Assembly (NCBI GenBank): GCA_043228905.1 | Contig: JBHGNT010001247.1 | Location: forward strand, 1-10,642 | Length of the DNA: 10,642 bases | Direction: 5' to 3' | From: Azolla caroliniana | Lineage: Eukaryota > Plantae > Polypodiophyta | Shown here: piece by piece, positions 10,301-10,642 of the stretch | Numbering within the stretch: position 1 is the first letter of the stretch | How the letters are laid out: each line of letters opens with the position of its first letter | Made by a program: the position numbers and the translations under genes | The notes under the pieces: generated by a model | Database searches by the model: none | The model's input: the letters and a program-made list of their open reading frames with translations, nothing else | Told to the model about the DNA's origin: nothing

Positions 10301-10642
10301 CTTTTCTTGCTAGAGCTGAAGAGATAAAGAGAGAAGTTGTTGATGGACAACACAGCCACATAACCTCATAAACAAAGAATGATCATTATTTCCTTTAGCC
10401 TCATCAATCCTACTCATGCTATAATCAATCAAGGGCTACACAAATGGGATCCCAAGTAGCAGAAGGGGTTACAATAGGTCGAGCAAAAGCAACTTATTGT
10501 AGGCCCTGGCCTCATCGACCACAATCTCACCACCAATTTTAGAATCATGACAATATCTACAATATGATCTTGGAAGATAAATTCTCTAATCAAGTAACGG
10601 TATACCAATTTCAAAATCATACTTTTTATAGGGTTTGGCCTT
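7382..10642 (+). mobile_element. Degenerate, 5'-truncated non-LTR retrotransposon (LINE; endonuclease + RT + C-terminal CCHC; tentatively RTEX-like), antisense in the kinase intron
   Basis: AP-endonuclease remnants: IAICYFP (7393-7413), ITLLEDINA* for GDFNAR (7501-7530), DYLIGS (7761) and AEHAY for SDH (~7840). Linker SWYDEKC (~8108). RT remnants: GKAQDPDGL, IVPILKSGDP..SSYRTIM, GIKQGCQLS (9009-9035), LLYANDIVL (YAND for YADD, 9141-9152), KTKVM and YLG (9352-9360). C-terminal SSHQLKIE (10087-10110) and C-x2-C-x8-H-x4-C (10145-10198). Many stops and frameshifts. The 3' end runs just past the window. Confidence 0.95.
9981..10040 (+). repeat. Short direct duplication inside the LINE (20 bp, 18/20, 40-bp offset)
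   Basis: AGACCATCTTATATGGACAT (9981-10000) vs AGGCCCTCTTATATGGACAT (10021-10040); the last 14 bp are identical. Confidence 0.75.

Noticed and set aside
9074-10620. Minus-strand ORFs 9074-9280, 10019-10246 and 10429-10620 as candidate missing kinase exons
   Set aside because: They are antisense to LINE sequence and lack GxGxxG or VAVK motifs.

Overview
AT-rich, intron-containing land-plant nuclear DNA, not prokaryotic. Left to right it holds: (1) the last two exons of a + strand gene (203-291 and 392-905) whose Ser/Pro-rich tail weakly resembles the C-terminus of YODA/MAPKKK-alpha-type MAP3Ks; (2) an intact cytosolic tRNA-Trp(CCA) gene on the - strand (2521-2592) with Pol III flanking signals; (3) the last four coding exons of a CRCK-like (RLCK-IV) receptor-like cytoplasmic kinase on the - strand (4255-6785), with a ~53-bp degenerate minisatellite in its last coding intron and a probable extra intron in its 3' UTR; (4) the kinase's large upstream intron, filled by a decayed, 5'-truncated LINE on the + strand (endonuclease, RT, C-terminal CCHC; ~7382 to beyond 10642). 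The most unusual structure is that this LINE is fused head-to-head, with no spacer, to an inverted 3'-end fragment of the same family (~6889-7381). The composite has a LINE 3' terminus at both outer ends and forms a long imperfect inverted repeat inside the kinase pre-mRNA. I see no evidence of a wholly new protein-coding system. All alignments were done by eye, with no searches run.
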